A DNA stretch of 64,000 nt, taken from assembly GCF_964204645.1 (NCBI RefSeq), contig NC_134030.1, positions 15,686,110-15,750,109 of the forward strand, written 5' to 3'. Below the pieces are notes generated by a model. That model saw only the letters and a list, made by a program, of their open reading frames with translations, did not search any database and was not told where the DNA came from. The DNA is from Tubulanus polymorphus (Eukaryota > Animalia > Nemertea). This document shows, piece by piece, positions 23,426 to 37,054 of the stretch. Within the stretch, counting starts at the first letter, position 1, and each line of letters begins with the position of its first letter. Position numbers and translations under genes: made by a program.

Positions 23426-26154
23426 CACCAATCAGATTTACACAATACATTATACAAGTATGTTCGATCGTTGTATTGACAAAATTTATAGTTTCAACTA
23501 ATACATTATTAGGGTTTTCTGTTTCTTCACAGAAAACCCTATTGAAATTCGCGTGATTATTATTATTTTTTTTCCCTTTTCCACATAGTTTTTGTTAAAA
23601 GTGTAAAGGCTTCCTTACCTTACCGCTGTCGCCGATACAATCCGTATGATGTCCTTCAGCTCACTTCAATCTCCAGATACTGCATGGGAATTTTGATAAA
23701 TCCACGTTATAAAGGCACTGTCGAGCCGTAAACATCAGAAATTTGGCTCCATTCAATTAGTAGCCATGTTGTGTTTTCATACCGATATTTCTCTCTTCTT
23801 TTCGAGGAAGAGCTATCGAATAATTCCCTCTCTTCTTCACAATCAATTTCAAAGTCAATTTTATGAATTAATTGCTCAGCGGTTCCGAGTCCAAGAGTTT
23901 ACGAGTCCGGCGTTCGCGTGTCTGACAGGTTTACGGGCATTTGTTTGTTACCTCTTTAATATTTTTGATTTCTTGTTATTCCGGTTATTTTATTTAAGTA
24001 TATTGCTGATCAGTTCATGTAACCAAAAGCGTCAATAAACAGACTTTGAATTGATCAAGTTTAAATCAAGGTCGTTGAGTCGCGGAAGGCTACTTTAGAA
24101 TTACGTTCGTCTTCGTCTCGCAAAAACCGTAATGTTTCCAATGTCTCCGTTTTTAACGCATGCGCATGATGTATGTGTTGGGGAAATTCTCTAAGTCCAG
24201 AAAACAGTCGAGTGCGCAGGCGTCACTACATGTCAGAACTTCAATAACATGTGAATGGCTACCAGCGTCACTGTAGTTTCTCTTAGGTTCGAATCCCAAA
24301 TAATTTTGATCTTAATTCAAATTTTGACGACCCAGTGTCGCTAGTTAATCTGTTTGCAGTGCCATTGAGTTCGAATCCCGAATATGTTATAGAAAAATAC
24401 TTGCACGGAATTTTTTTTTTCAAGTACGAAAATTCCAGCTTACTGCATCCGGTTGTCCCAAAAATAGAAATGATCCTCTGACAAAATACGAAGAATGCCT
24501 CATCATCCAGTTCACAATTGCGAATTAAAATTAGTCAAAAAAGCATAACTCACGCCTTACATCTATGGAAAGGTCCCAAATCGATTGAACAACAAGAGAA
24601 AACTTAATATATGCTTATATACGTATATGATACGAATGGAATAAATTTATTTGGATAATTCACTTGTTTGTGTAAATATGATATACAAGATTATCAAGAC
24701 ATTAGGCCTACAGAGTCAACAATTATGGTTTACCAAACAAGTTTTTAGTGGTAACAATTAAACCACTGCCTCTAGGAAGTCATGAAGAAAGCACCCTTCC
24801 CACGTTTTAGTTCCCAGGTACTCGCCCCATGACTACCACAATAGCAGTGAAATAACAATTACCTCATATACATACATCAAAGTAAAAACAGTACACCAAA
24901 GATGTATATACAAAAACCATGGATAGATCTGTGTAATAATAGAAGTATAAATAATATATTGCAGTGAAAACAGTATACCTTTCATAAGATGTACATATAA
25001 AAACAATGAATAGATCTTTAATAATACATGTATAAATAATATATCACAGTGAAAACAGTACACCAAAGATGTAAATATAAAAACAATGAATAGATCTTTA
25101 ATCATACATGTATAAATAATATATCACAGTGAAAACAGTACACCAAAGATGTAAATATAAAAACAATAGATATATCTGTAATGATACATGTATAAATAAT
25201 ATATCACAGTGAAAACAGTACACCAAAGATGTAAATATAAAAACAATAGATATATCTGTAATGATACATGTATAAATAATATATCACAGTGAAAACAGTA
25301 CACCAAAGATGTAAATATAAAAACAATAGATATATCTGTAATTGTTGGGAGAGTTCTCGGTCCAACACCACGGGGTTTCGGGCTCACTCCACTGACAGGC
25401 GATGGGAGTGAGGAAGCGAGCGAGGAGGACTGTATAGGTTCTCGGACAGAAGCAAAGCAAAGGCCGGGCAGAAGCAGAAGCCAGGCGGGTCGACAAGGCA
25501 GAAGCAAAGCCAGGCGGGTCACCAGACAGAAGCAAATTTAGCGAGTCGGCCAGAGTCACGTTCCCTGGTTGAAGCAGCAAGGCAGAGTCGTCGTCCTGTC
25601 CCTTGAAGCAGCCGTTCCTTTCGTCATGAAATGACTAACTTTAAGACTTTCTTCAGACTATAGCGATTTATTTAGCGGAGAGATGTGTACAGTCAGGCTT
25701 GCATAGATGAACTGATTTTACAGGATATTTGTTGCGGCTTTTATACAAAATCAGGCTGGGAACTAATTATGATTACAATCTGTTGAGAATGTTACAAACT
25801 GTCAAAATGTTACTATAAAAAGGATTAAAATATACAAACGAGAGAACAGGCACAGTCTTAAACTAGTTAGAAACAAAATAATACACGTGTTATAGATTAT
25901 GAAACGCGAGTTCACACGGGATCTCGGTGGTAACCAGGTCCACGCGCACTATAGCCATCTGGCTTTGATGAACTGTTGTAACGGTTACAACATCCTCCCG
26001 CGCCAAAGTCCGGTATAGTCCAAATACGGTAAATCACGAAAATACACGAACACGCGTAATTGTTCTTTCACGAAAACATTGATAATCGGCGGCGAATAGA
26101 TGATCGGTCCAACATCGAGAGTTCGCAATAAGATGTCGGCGTGTCGCAAACAGT

Positions 26155-29100
26155 TCAGGCATCGAGTCGACAAACTTTCGTCGCTGGTCGCCTGTAGACT
26201 CCGCTTGTCGTCTTGAGTTCCACTGAGCGGACATGTCCATCGCTTCCGGGGTGGACATCGATGATACGTCCGAGCGGCCACTGACCACGTGGCAGGTTGT
26301 CATCGGCGAGTAGTACCACATCGTCGATTTGTAGGTCTCGGCTTGCGGTCTTCCATTTGGTTCGCTGGACAAGTGTCGGCAGATATTCCCGCGTGGAGCG
26401 AGCCCAGTACTGATTAGTGAGTGCCTGGGCCTGTCGCCATCGTTTTCTGGCGTTCAAATCATCAGCGTCAAACACTCCGGGTGGTAGGTTCGGGTTCGTC
26501 TTGCCGAGTAGAAAATGGCTCGGTGTTATCGCCTCCGGTTCGTCGTGGCTGGAGTTGACGTACGTCAGTGGCCTAGAATTCACGACGGCTTCGACTTCGG
26601 TAAACACGGTGTGCAGCACTTCATCGGTGACAATTTGTTTTCCCAGGACCACTTTCAAGTTTCTTTTAACGGACTGGACCAGACGTTCCCAAACTCCACC
26701 CATATGGCTAGCGGCAGGTGGGTTGAAATACCACTGGATGTGATCTTGTGACGTTGCATCGGCGATTTTCGTCTGGTTCAGCTTCGTCAACTGGTCTCGA
26801 AGTTCCTTCTCGCCACCAGTAAAATTGGTCCCATTGTCCGAGTAGATTCTCTTTGGTTTTCCGCGTCTAGCGATGAATCGCCTAAGTGCCATTATGAAGC
26901 TGTCCGTGTCTAATGAGTACGCAACTTCCAAGTGCACAGCTCTGGTGGCCAGACACGTAACCAGCAGCCCGTATCTTTTCTCCGTCTTACGGAACTTTCT
27001 CACTTGGAGCGGTCCGAAGTAGTCGATACCGACACTGCTGAACGGGCTCGCGGTGTCGAATCTGGCAGCAGGTAGGTCGGCCATTATCGGCGGCTGTGGC
27101 TTCGCTCTTCTTTTAATGCAGTAAGCGCATCGGCGAACGAGTTTCTTCACGGTCGAACGACATTCGGGGATCCAGAACTTCTGCCGGATTTCGTTCATCG
27201 TTACTGCTAGACCACCGTGGAACATTTGGTGGTGATAGTGGTGGATGATTAGTCTCGTCACTTCGTGGTTCTTCGGCAGCAGTATCGGATGTTTCGCGGC
27301 TTCTGCGATCGGTGCGTTTTTTAAGCGACCACCAACTCTCAAGACACCGTTCTCATCAAGCTTCGGAGTTAGCGGCAGTATCTTGCTAGTTCTCGAGATT
27401 GGTCGGTGGCTTCGTAAATCAGCTATTTCCTCGCCGTACGCTGCTTCTTGTGCCGCTTTGAAAATCAGCATTTCCGCCTCTTCGAGCTCTGAAACTTTCA
27501 GCGGCTCGGTGTTCGCGACGTCTCGCTTCATCAGGATCGACTTAGCCCTGACTACTGTCGCGACGACTCGTTTGTATTTCATCCACGAGGACCATCTAGC
27601 AGGGTCTGGAAGCGTGGTTGACACTTCTGCGACGGACAGTGTGTTGACTTTCTTAACTTCGGGATCGTCTTGCAGCATTGAGTCGACTAGCTTCGACTTC
27701 GGCCAGTTTGTGTCATCAAGTTTGAGGAATTCAGGTCCTTCTAGCCAGACGCTGGACTTGAGTTCTGTGACGGTGGCACCTCTCGACACGATGTCAGCTG
27801 GGTTCAGACTTCCTGGGATGTGTCGCCATTGGTTTGGATGCGAGGAGTCGTGGATTTCAGCTACCCGATTGGCGATGAAGATGTGGAATCGTTTCGTTTC
27901 ATTTGCGATATACTTCAGCACAATTTCGCTGTCCGACCAGAATATCGTCTCATCGATTACATAGCTGATTTCTTTGCGAATGGTGTCGGCTAGTCTCACG
28001 GCCAGGACTGCTGCTTGCATCTCTAACCTAACTATTGATAGTTTCTTCAGCGGGGCGACGCGACATCTGCTCATGACGAATGCGACTCGGACGTTGCCAT
28101 CAGCGTGTTGCGTGCGAAGGTAAGCCACGGCACCGAAGGCTTTATCGGATGCGTCACAGAAGACATGTAGTTGTCGCCCGGTCGACGGCACATCTGGTGC
28201 TCGGTAACATCTCGGAATTTTCAGCATCTCAAGTTTGATCAATTCTTTGAGCCAGATCTGCCAATTTTCTAGGTCCCCACCAGTTAGTTCATCGTTCCAG
28301 TCGAGTTTTTGACACCAAAGACGTTGCATCAGGATTTTCGCCTTAACTGTGAATGGTGCAGCAATGCCAAACGGGTCAAAAACTGATGAAACTTTGCTTA
28401 GCACTCCCCGTTTGGTAGCCGGCGTCATTGCTTCTCGGACCTTGAAACCAATCGTGTCTGACTCTGGATCCCATATCACCCCGAGGGTACGTTCAGCGGG
28501 TAGCTGGTCGGCCATCAAATCGATCGACTGGCAGCTGACTTCGGATGGTGGTAATGCTTGCAGGACTTCACGACTGTTGCTCGTCCATTTCGTCAGTCTG
28601 AATCCACCACGTTTCACCAGCATCGTTACATCTTTTGCGCGTTGAATAGCTTTGGCGGTCGAATTTTCGGACTTCAGAAAATCGTCCATGTAGAAATGTT
28701 TTCTAATGGCTGCGGCGGTTTCTGCGTCTACTTCTGATTCATTGTCTTCTGCTGTCTTTCTTAAGACGTAATTCGCCATGGCTGGAGAACACCGGGCGCC
28801 GAAGATTGTGACTTGCATTTCGTAGACGTCTGGCGGTCTCGTGGTATCTAAGTCTCTCCACAGAAAACTGAGGGCTGGTCGGTCCTCTTCTCGAACTTTT
28901 ACTTGGTGATACATCTGCTCGATATCGGCCGTTATAGCAATCGGCTCTTCTCTGAATCTTAGCAGGATTCCTGGTAGGCTTTGGAGCAGATCTGGGCCGG
29001 TTATGAGTTGGTTATTCAGTGACACTCCCTGGTAAGTGGCAGCAGCGTCAAATACTACTCTGATCTTCTTCTAGTTTGGGTTTACGACGGCGTGATGCGG

Positions 29101-31889
29101 CAAATACCATCTCTTCTTCTGGTTAGAGGCAGCTTCAAGTGGCGTAAGTTTACAGGCGTAGCCATCGGCGATGTAAGCTGCGAATGTCTGCTTATATGCT
29201 TCTGCTTTCACCGGGTCACGAATCAAGGACTTCTCGGTCGTTTCTAATCGGCGGTAGGCCATAGGGCGATTATTCGGTAACTGCACGTCGTCGTTCTTCC
29301 ACAGTAGGCTCGTCTCGTATCTGTCACCGAGACATCTCGTTCTCTCTCGCAGGATCTTATCGGCTCTGATATCTTCTCGGGATTCGGCTACGGGCTTGTC
29401 GTACTTCGTTCCGAAAGACTCCGTTGACCACCATGCATCAAGCGTCTCGTGGATATTATCGGTCGACTTCCCGAGGCACAATACGTTTCTTTCAGTCGTC
29501 TGTTCGGTATTCGCCATATTGCCGGTAACGGACCAGCCAAAATCGGTTCTTACGGCAATCGGTCGGCCGGGCCCTGCTGTTCTGACTTCGTGCTGGATGA
29601 TGGCTTCGATGACGTTGGCTCCCAGCAGAACTTCTACTTGCCCGGATGACGTTTCTGGTATACAAATGTCACTGAAGTAGTTTTCGATTATCGTTTTCTT
29701 TATCTTCGGCATCGAAACGTTCAATCTGGGTACAGCCCACGCCTCGTTGACTTCTATGACGTTGTTGACGGCTTCGGGTCCGAGCGGTTTGATTTTCATC
29801 TTGAATTTAAGCGTCTTGTACCGTTCACCGTCATTTTCGACATTGCTCAACTTCAGAAATTTTCTTTCGCCGCTGATACCGAGTCGATCAACAAGTCTGC
29901 TACAGCACAGTGACGTTTGTGCGCCTGAGTCGAGCAGCGCATAGGTATCTTGGTGCTGACCTCCGTCGCCATAAAGTCTGACTGGAACGACTTGCAGTAT
30001 GGCGTTTGACACGTTATGCTTCTGGCGGCTAGTAGTGTTGATTTCGGCTTCAGTCTCGTAGTATTCTTGGTTGTTGACGGATGATTCATCTGATAGACAC
30101 ACTGCAGCGACTTCTCTCTTCGGGTACACTCGTTGACTCCCGTGTAGCAGGGGGTGATGTTTCCCCTTGCAGTTTGGCTGGGTACACGTTTTCTTGCCAG
30201 GACAGAATCTCACACGATGACCTTCTCCCAAGCAGCAGAAACATCTCTTTGACACTGCAATGTACGCTGATCTCTCGTTGACAGACTTCAGCTTAAACGT
30301 TCGACATACAGCGAGCTTATGGTCTTCGTTGCAGAGTGGACATTTAGCTTGATTCTGGGTCGTGAACATCGATCTAGTATTCGGTCGTGGTCGGTCGAAA
30401 CTTCGAGTTTCTCTTGTTTCAGTCCGCGTGGCTGGACAGTTCAATGATATCTTCACTTGCTGCGTCAACCATCTACTCAAGTCAGACAGGTTTGGGCGGC
30501 GTGGTTCAATCTCAAATACTTTCTTGCCCCATTCACGGTTGAGTTCTGGCGGTAGCTTCATTACGATTCGGCGAAGATTCTCTACGCTTGCTAGGTCACC
30601 CTGATAGCCGAGATTCTCAAGGGTCGTCACGGCACAGTGAAGGCTAGCTTGAAATCTTTCGAGCGGTCCTGCATCACAATTCTTCAGCGGGGGCTGTGTG
30701 AAAACTTTCTTGAGGCACGCTTTCACGACGTCTTCTTCTCGGCCGAATCTTTCTTCGAGTGATCTCAGAGCTTGGTGATATAGTCGACCTTCGTACATCA
30801 TACCGGCAATCGTCTGCTGTGCGACACCGGTCACGGCTGACTGCAAGTGCGTGATTTTCTCTGTGTTTGTAAGATCTGGTTGGTCGTCGATCAGCGCCTT
30901 AAACAAACCATACCATTTCGGCCAATCGCTTGGATCACCGTCAAACTTGTGCAAATGTATCTTCGGTACGGACTTTGAGAATAGATGGTTCGATCTTCTG
31001 CTTTGATTGGTTGGTTGGTTTCGGTTCGGCTGATATTCGGGTTGATACGACATGGACCAGTCAGGCGGCGGTATAACGGGCTGCATCGGCGGCAGAGTTC
31101 TATCGGGCTGTGACATCGGCAGGATTCTATCGGGCTGTGACATCGGCATGATTCTATCGGTCTGCGACATCGGCAGGATTCTATCGGGCTGCGACATCGG
31201 CAGGATTCTATCGGGCTGCGACATCGGCAGGATTCTATCGAGCTGCGACATCGGCAGGATTCTATCGGGCTGCGACATCGGCAGGATTCTATCGGGCTGC
31301 GACATCGGCAGGATTCTATCGGGCTGCGGCATAGGCAGGATTTCGTCGTCGAAGTCACGTAGGCGATCAGCGTTTAAGACATCTGCGTCTTGGAGGCTGG
31401 CTTCTAGCGCGGCGGCGTCGGCTTCGTCTTGAGCCTGGGCTAGCTTGGCTTGACGAGTGAGTTCATCTTGTTGACGTTCTATTTCGAGGCGACGTCTCAG
31501 TTGTTTTACTTCAAGGGCCTTCTTCTGCGCACGTACGGTGGTTGCTCGTGACGCCGCTGACGAGGCCTTTGACATGACGGATGAGGCGTCGTCAGCTCTT
31601 GACTGCAGATAGGTCTTAATGCTAGCGACCATCTGTGTGTGCGTCTCTTCGATTTCGGTGACGTATTTCTCTGCGGCGGCTGTCTCGTTTCATCGTTGAG
31701 GCTATCGACGTACGTGTCGTTGGCTATCGCGACATTTTCTAAGGCGTCTGCTAACTTCTGGACCAGCGACACCAACTGGGTTCGGCTGCCTCGAACTTCG
31801 ATCAGCGTGGTCACTTGGTTGCAGATCCGGGTAAACGTTGCTTTTCTGCAGCCTCGGGTGGTCTTCAGTTTTCTGCTTTCTTCGGTCAT
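26155..31889 (-). pseudogene. BEL/Pao gag-pol polyprotein (Gag, Cys-His knuckles, protease, RT, RNase H, integrase) with one frameshift and one stop
   Basis: ALLDSGA protease, YLPHHAV, FYMDD RT, FCDAS RNase H, GIDYFGP/SDNGTNF integrase; frameshift near 31690, in-frame TAG at 29071-29073. Confidence 0.95.
31090..31342 (-). repeat. 27 bp coding tandem repeat (ILPMSQPDR)n in Gag
   Basis: About 9-10 in-frame units. Confidence 0.95.
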
Positions 31890-32760
31890 CTTCGTTGTCT
31901 TCTATCCGGTTCGAGGGACCAGTAAATGTTGGGAGAGTTCTCGGTCCAACACCACGGGGTTTCGGGCTCACTCCACTGACAGGCGATGGGAGTGAGGAAG
32001 CGAGCGAGGAGGACTGTATAGGTTCTCGGACAGAAGCAAAGCAAAGGCCGGGCAGAAGCAGAAGCCAGGCGGGTCGACAAGGCAGAAGCAAAGCCAGGCG
32101 GGTCACCAGACAGAAGCAAATTTAGCGAGTCGGCCAGAGTCACGTTCCCTGGTTGAAGCAGCAAGGCAGAGTCGTCGTCCTGTCCCTTGAAGCAGCCGTT
32201 CCTTTCGTCATGAAATGACTAACTTTAAGACTTTCTTCAGACTATAGCGATTTATTTAGCGGAGAGATGTGTACAGTCAGGCTTGCATAGATGAACTGAT
32301 TTTACAGGATATTTGTTGCGGCTTTTATACAAAATCAGGCTGGGAACTAATTATGATTACAATCTGTTGAGAATGTTACAAACTGTCAAAATGTTACTAT
32401 AAAAAGGATTAAAATATACAAACGAGAGAACAGGCACAGTCTTAAACTAGTTAGAAACAAAATAATACACGTGTTATAGATTATGAAACGCGAGTTCACA
32501 CGGGATCTCGGTGGTAACCAGGTCCACGCGCACTATAGCCATCTGGCTTTGATGAACTGTTGTAACGGTTACAACAGTAATGATACATGTATAAATAATA
32601 TATCACAGTGAAAACAGTACACCAAAGATGTAAATATAAAAACAATAGATATATCTGTAATGATACATGTATAAATAATATATCACAGTGAAAACAGTAC
32701 ACCAAAGATGTAAATATAAAAACAATGAATATTCTGTAATAATACATGTATAGATAATAT

Positions 32761-33748
32761 TAGTTGTCGAATAAACACTATTATCCGTGTAAACTGTAGA
32801 TAAATGAAGAAATCCCACACTTCGAATTTAAAATTATACGATCAAATTTATTATTATGAAACCACAACGTTTCGGCTGTTGACTAACAGCCATCATCAGG
32901 TGGAATGACCAGATATACAAGTAACAAAGCATATAAACTCACAGGATCTAAAATAAAAGCAGTGTGTCAAAACTAAAGATTAACAGACCAAGCAATAAAA
33001 CATCAAGGGGTACCGTGGAAACCACAGCAATTCTAAACAGTTCAGAGTAAAAACAAATTATGTAACTAAGTGAAGTGGACTGAAGAGGGTGGCGATAACA
33101 GAGTGACACATAGTGACATCAACCCAAATCTAATTAAGAGTTGATGTGTCTGGATAATAATTTTGGTTATGTGGAGAAAAACCAGTATCTAAATTAGTAG
33201 ATAAATAGGATTTCGAAAGTTTACATATTAGGGCTGATTCCACTATGTGTCTCTTATGAATATCTTTACAAGGATAAATAAGTTTCGAATTGTGAAAGTC
33301 AAATTGGTGATTGGTTGTAAAGACATGATTTGCTATTCCACTCTCAGGCTTTTGGTTGCGGATATCTATTTTGTGTTCTTTAGTACGCTGACTGAGATTG
33401 CGTCCCGTTTCGCCGATGTACATCATATTACAGTCTTTACATGGTATCTTATAGACCCCGGACTCAATTAGCTCACTGTTTGGTTTATTCTTGGTTAAAA
33501 CATTAGTGAGTTGGTTATTATACTGAAAGACTAATCTAGTGTCGATGGTGCTTAATGTGGATTTAAAGCGTTCCAAAGTAGGTAAATACGGGATTATAAT
33601 ATTCTTTTGAGCTCTGCGTTTTGTGGTCAGGTCGTTACTTCCAATGAATTGTTACGTGAAATTTGGTTGAGCGAAAACAATTTTTTTCGAACAAATGTTT
33701 GAATGAACACAATTCTGTTCGATTGAACGAAACACTTAATACTTTCAC
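32761..33748 (-). mobile_element. 5'-truncated Penelope-like element (GIY-YIG endonuclease, ORF 33130-33576, plus 3' region)
   Basis: SGVYKIPCKDC..YIGETGRNL..R..EH motif; apparent ~11 bp duplication ATAGATAATAT at the junctions. Confidence 0.85.
32862..32903 (-). ncRNA. Minimal type I hammerhead ribozyme
   Basis: CCAC-CUGAUGA-U-GGCUGUUagucAACAGCC-GAAA-CGUU-GUGG: conserved core, 7 bp stem II, palindromic ACGU stem III. Confidence 0.88.
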
Positions 33749-34751
33749 ATAGATAATATATCACAGTCGAAACAGTACACCAAAGATGTAAATATAAAAC
33801 AATAGATAGATCTGTAATAATACATGTATAGATAATATATCACAGTGAAAACAGTACACCAAAGATGTAAATATAAAACAATAGATAGATCTGTAATAAT
33901 ACATGTATAGATAATATATCACAATATATAATATAAAAACAATAAATAGATCTGTAATAAATAATATCACACAATAAAAACAGTACACCAAGGATGTAAA
34001 TATAAAAACAATAGATAGATCTGTAATAAATAATATCACACAATAAAAACAGTACACCAAGGATGTAAATATAAAAACAATAGATAGATCTGTAATAAAT
34101 AATATCACACAATAAAAACAGTACACCAAGGATGTAAATATAAAAACAATAGATAGATTAATAACATAAATATAAATAATATATCACAGTGAAAACAGCA
34201 AAGGTGTAAACAATATGTAAAAATATCAAAAAAACAATAAATAGATCTGCAATAGATAATCTATTTAGGTGAAAAAAGTACACCAAAGATGTGAAAAAAT
34301 CACTCTTTGTAAGTCATAAGCACACAAAAAGCACCAGTAGGAAATCAGCGTGAATGATATTATATGCGTGCAAGAATATGTTTACCAGTGAATGTTAAGT
34401 ACATGTATATTAAGTTAAAACATGAATTTCATTACCTTTTCATATAAAGCTAAAAGAGATGAAGGTTAAAAAATTGAATATTAATTTTGATAATTTATAC
34501 AACACAGTGCCATGTAAAGCTAACAAAGATGAAAGTTTAGATTGTACAGCTATATATTAATTTCAATTGCTATATGGTATTACAATGTGATAGAATTCAA
34601 ATGCATAAGGAGGTTATATGTTTATAGGCGATGGGCAGAATAAGAAAAGGAATAAACCCACAACAAATGAAGATAAATCCACGAGACAAAAGAGATATAA
34701 GATGAATCCACAGATAAAAGAATGAAGATGAGTCCAGAAGCTAAAAGATAA

Positions 34752-36850
34752 GATATCTACTTTCACACAACAACTTACACTTACGCTCGATGAGATCTAC
34801 TTTCACATAACAACTCACGCTCGATTAGATCTACTATCACGTAACAACTCACGCTCGATGAGATCTACTTTCACACAACAACTTACACTTACGCTCGATG
34901 AGATCTACTTTCACATAACAACTCACGCTCGATGAGATCTAATTTCACACAACAACTTACACTTACGCTCGATGAGATCTACTTTCACACAACAACTTAC
35001 ACTTACGCTCGATGAGATCTACTTTCACGTAACAACTCACGCTCGATGAGATCTACTTTCACACAACAACTTACACTTACGCTCGATGAGATCTACTTTC
35101 ACATAACAACTCACGCTCGATGAGATCTACTTTCACACAACAACTTACACTTACGCTCGATGAGATCTACTTTCACGTAACAACTCACGCTCAATGAGAT
35201 CTACTTTCACACAACAACTTACGCTCGATGAGATCTACTTTCACACAACAACTTACACTTACGCTCGATGAGATCTACTTTCACACAACAACTTACACTT
35301 ACGCTCGATGAGATCTACTTTCACGTAACAACTCACGCTCGATGAGATCTACTTTCACACAACAACTTACACTTACGCTCGATGAGATCTACTTTCACAT
35401 AACAACTCACGCTCGATTAGATCTACTTTCACACAACAACTTACACTTACGCTCGATGAGATCTACTTTCACATAACAACTCACGCTCGATGAGATCTAC
35501 TTTCACACAACAACTTACACTTACGCTCGATGAGATCTACTTTCACGTAACAACTCACGCTCAATGAGATCTACTTTCACACAACAACTTACACTTACGC
35601 TCGATGAGATCTACTTTCACACAACAACTTACACTTACGCTCGATGAGATCTACTTTCACATAACAACTCACGCTCGATGAGATCTACTTTCACACAACA
35701 ACTCACACTTACGCTCGATGAGATCTACTTTCACACAACAACTTACACTTACGCTCGATGAGATCTACTTTCACATAACAACTCACGCTCGATGAGATCT
35801 ACTTTCACACAACAACTTACACTTACGCTCGATGAGATCTACTTTCACGTAACAACTCACGCTCAATGAGATCTACTTTCACACAACAACTTACGCTCGA
35901 TGAGATCTACTTTCACACAACAACTTACACTTACGCTCGATGAGATCTACTTTCACACAACAACTTACACTTACGCTCGATGAGATCTACTTTCACGTAA
36001 CAACTCACGCTCGATGAGATCTACTTTCACACAACAACTTACACTTACGCTCGATGAGATCTACTTTCACATAACAACTCACGCTCGATTAGATCTACTT
36101 TCACACAACAACTTACACTTACGCTCGATGAGATCTACTTTCACATAACAACTCACGCTCGATGAGATCTACTTTCACACAACAACTTACACTTACGCTC
36201 GATGAGATCTACTTTCACACAACAACTTACACTTACGCTCGATGAGATCTACTTTCACATAACAACTCACGCTCGATGAGATCTACTTTCACACAACAAC
36301 TCACACTTACGCTCGATGAGATCTACTTTCACACAACAACTTACAGTTACGCTCGATGAGATCTACTTTCACGTAACAACTCACGCTCAATGAGATCTAC
36401 TTTCACATAACAACTCACGCTCGATGTGATCTACTTTCACACAACAACTTACACTTACGCTCGATGAGATCTACTTTCACGTAACAACTCACGCTCAATG
36501 AGATCTACTTTCACATAACAACTCACGCTCGATGAGATCTACTTTCACACAACAACTTACACTTACGCTCGATGAGATCTACTTTCACACAACAACTTAC
36601 AGTTACGCTCGATGAGATCTACTTTCACGTAACAACTCACGCTCAATGAGATCTACTTTCACATAACAACTCACGCTCGATGAGATCTACTTTCACACAA
36701 CAACTTACACTTACGCTCGATGAGATCTACTTTCACATAACAACTCACGCTCGATGAATCTACTTTCACATAACAACTCACGCTCGATGAGATCTACTTT
36801 CACATAACAACTTACGCTTGATGAGATCAACTACCACACAACAACTAACA
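34752..36850. repeat. Satellite array of interspersed 40 bp and 34 bp units
   Basis: GATGAGATCTACTTTCAC(A/G)(C/T)AACAACT(TACACT)(T/C)ACGCTC; homogeneous, no unique spacers. Confidence 0.97.
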
Positions 36851-37054
36851 CTCGGAAGGCATCCTCACCTAAAAATCTTAATAATGGACCCAATACCTTG
36901 AAATGCAAAAAAGGGAAATGAGTGACCGACTTGAAGACTTCCCTGGAAAGAGAGAGTTGCTACACTTTGAAAAAGTCACAGAGAAAGCACCCTTCCCACG
37001 TTTTAGTTCCCAGGTACTTGCTCCACAACTTTCTCAAAGCAAAATCTAAGGAAT

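Larger units (their letters stand above)
1489..23505. mobile_element. Polinton/Maverick (adintovirus-like) endogenous virus, main segment, decayed
   Basis: Very AT-rich, compact intronless genes: pPolB, capsids, A32-like ATPase, rve integrase. AGTAAT terminus at 1489 is related to the terminus at 50527. Confidence 0.92.
25343..32576 (-). mobile_element. BEL/Pao LTR retrotransposon, full length
   Basis: 650 bp LTRs 25343-25992 and 31927-32576 (TG..CA, no differences seen), TSD GTAAT, PBS TGGTCCCTCGAACCGG, PPT GGCGCGGGAGGA. Confidence 0.97.
24850..34300. repeat. 80 bp AT-rich minisatellite in three pieces (24850-25342, 32577-32760, 33749-34300)
   Basis: Unit ATATCACAGTGAAAACAGTACACCAAAGATGTAAATATAAAAAC...; split by the BEL and Penelope insertions. 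Confidence 0.9.

Noticed and set aside
1489-23505. Bacteriophage or bacterial contamination
   Set aside because: The gene set is Polinton-type and is physically nested with eukaryotic transposons.
29071-29073. Programmed stop readthrough in BEL
   Set aside because: The stop lies after the protease, inside the conserved RT start; BEL elements normally have one ORF.
26417-32164. Many short + strand and alternate-frame ORFs over the BEL element
   Set aside because: Shadow frames of GC-richer gag-pol and LTR sequence.
24833-34129. Hydrophobic ORFs at 24833, 25124, 32496, 32603, 33761, 33840
   Set aside because: Translations of the 80 bp minisatellite.
34752-36850. CRISPR array
   Set aside because: No unique spacers, no cas genes, eukaryotic context; it is a satellite.
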